Source: Cetorhinus maximus (lineage: Eukaryota). Taken from it: a DNA stretch of 64,000 nucleotides. Location of the stretch: positions 84,878,001-84,942,000 of the forward strand of contig NC_135897.1 in NCBI RefSeq assembly GCF_964194155.1, written 5' to 3'. Position numbers and translations under genes: made by a program. Of the stretch, positions 63,630 through 64,000 are shown in pieces; the stretch's first letter is position 1; the number at the start of each line of letters is the position of its first letter. The notes below the pieces were generated by a model. The model was not told the origin of the DNA. It did no database searches and worked only from the letters and a program-made list of their open reading frames with translations.

Positions 63630-64000
63630 CCTCCGGAGGCCCCCAGCATCACAGATGCCAGTCTTCAACCATTTCGATTCACTCCATGGCTGAAGGCACT
63701 GGATACTGCAAAGGCTATGGGCCCTGACAATATTCCGGCAATAGCCCCGAAGATGTAGACTCTAGAATGTACCCCTAGCTAAGCTGATCCAGTACAGACA
63801 CAACATAGGCATCTATCCGGCAATATGGAAAATTGCCCAGGTATGTCCTGTACACAAAAAGCAGGACAAATTCAACCCAGCCAATTGCTGCCCCATTAGT
63901 CTACTCTCCATCATCAGCAAAGTGATGGAAAGGGTCATCCACAGTGCTATCAAGCAGCACTTGCTTCGAAATGATGTGCTCACTGATGTTCAGCTTGAGT
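63630..64000 (+). mobile_element. LINE family B RT fragment, runs off the window
   Basis: ALDTAKAMGPDNIPAI...WKIAQVCPVHKKQDK...PISLLSIISKVME; homologous to 10362-10660. Confidence 0.92.

Overview
Eukaryotic, repeat-dominated DNA. The repeat set (HER1-type CR1 LINEs, SacSINE1-like DeuSINEs, Penelope-like elements) points to a cartilaginous fish (shark); this is inferred from recalled repeat families, not from a database search. Most of the window looks like long introns of a minus-strand host gene, of which I can support two small coding exons (38086-37936 and 5659-5582); I could not identify the gene. The main structure is a PIF/Harbinger DNA-transposon system: one full-length two-gene copy (57111-61576; convergent DDE transposase and spliced Myb/SANT gene, TIRs, TCA TSD), one transposase-less copy that keeps the Myb gene (19529-22946), and many MITEs, four of which share a set of internal hairpins. 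Also present: two decayed Ty3/Gypsy elements (tRNA-Ser PBS, short LTR), solo LTRs with TSDs, Penelope fragments carrying minimal hammerhead-ribozyme motifs (one with an intact core), RTE, Tx1/L1 and Vingi LINE fragments, nested insertions and two minisatellites. Nearly all ORFs in the supplied track are TE remnants or spurious. No CRISPR array, rRNA or genuine tRNA gene was found. All coordinates were read by eye; boundaries without a stated TSD are approximate.
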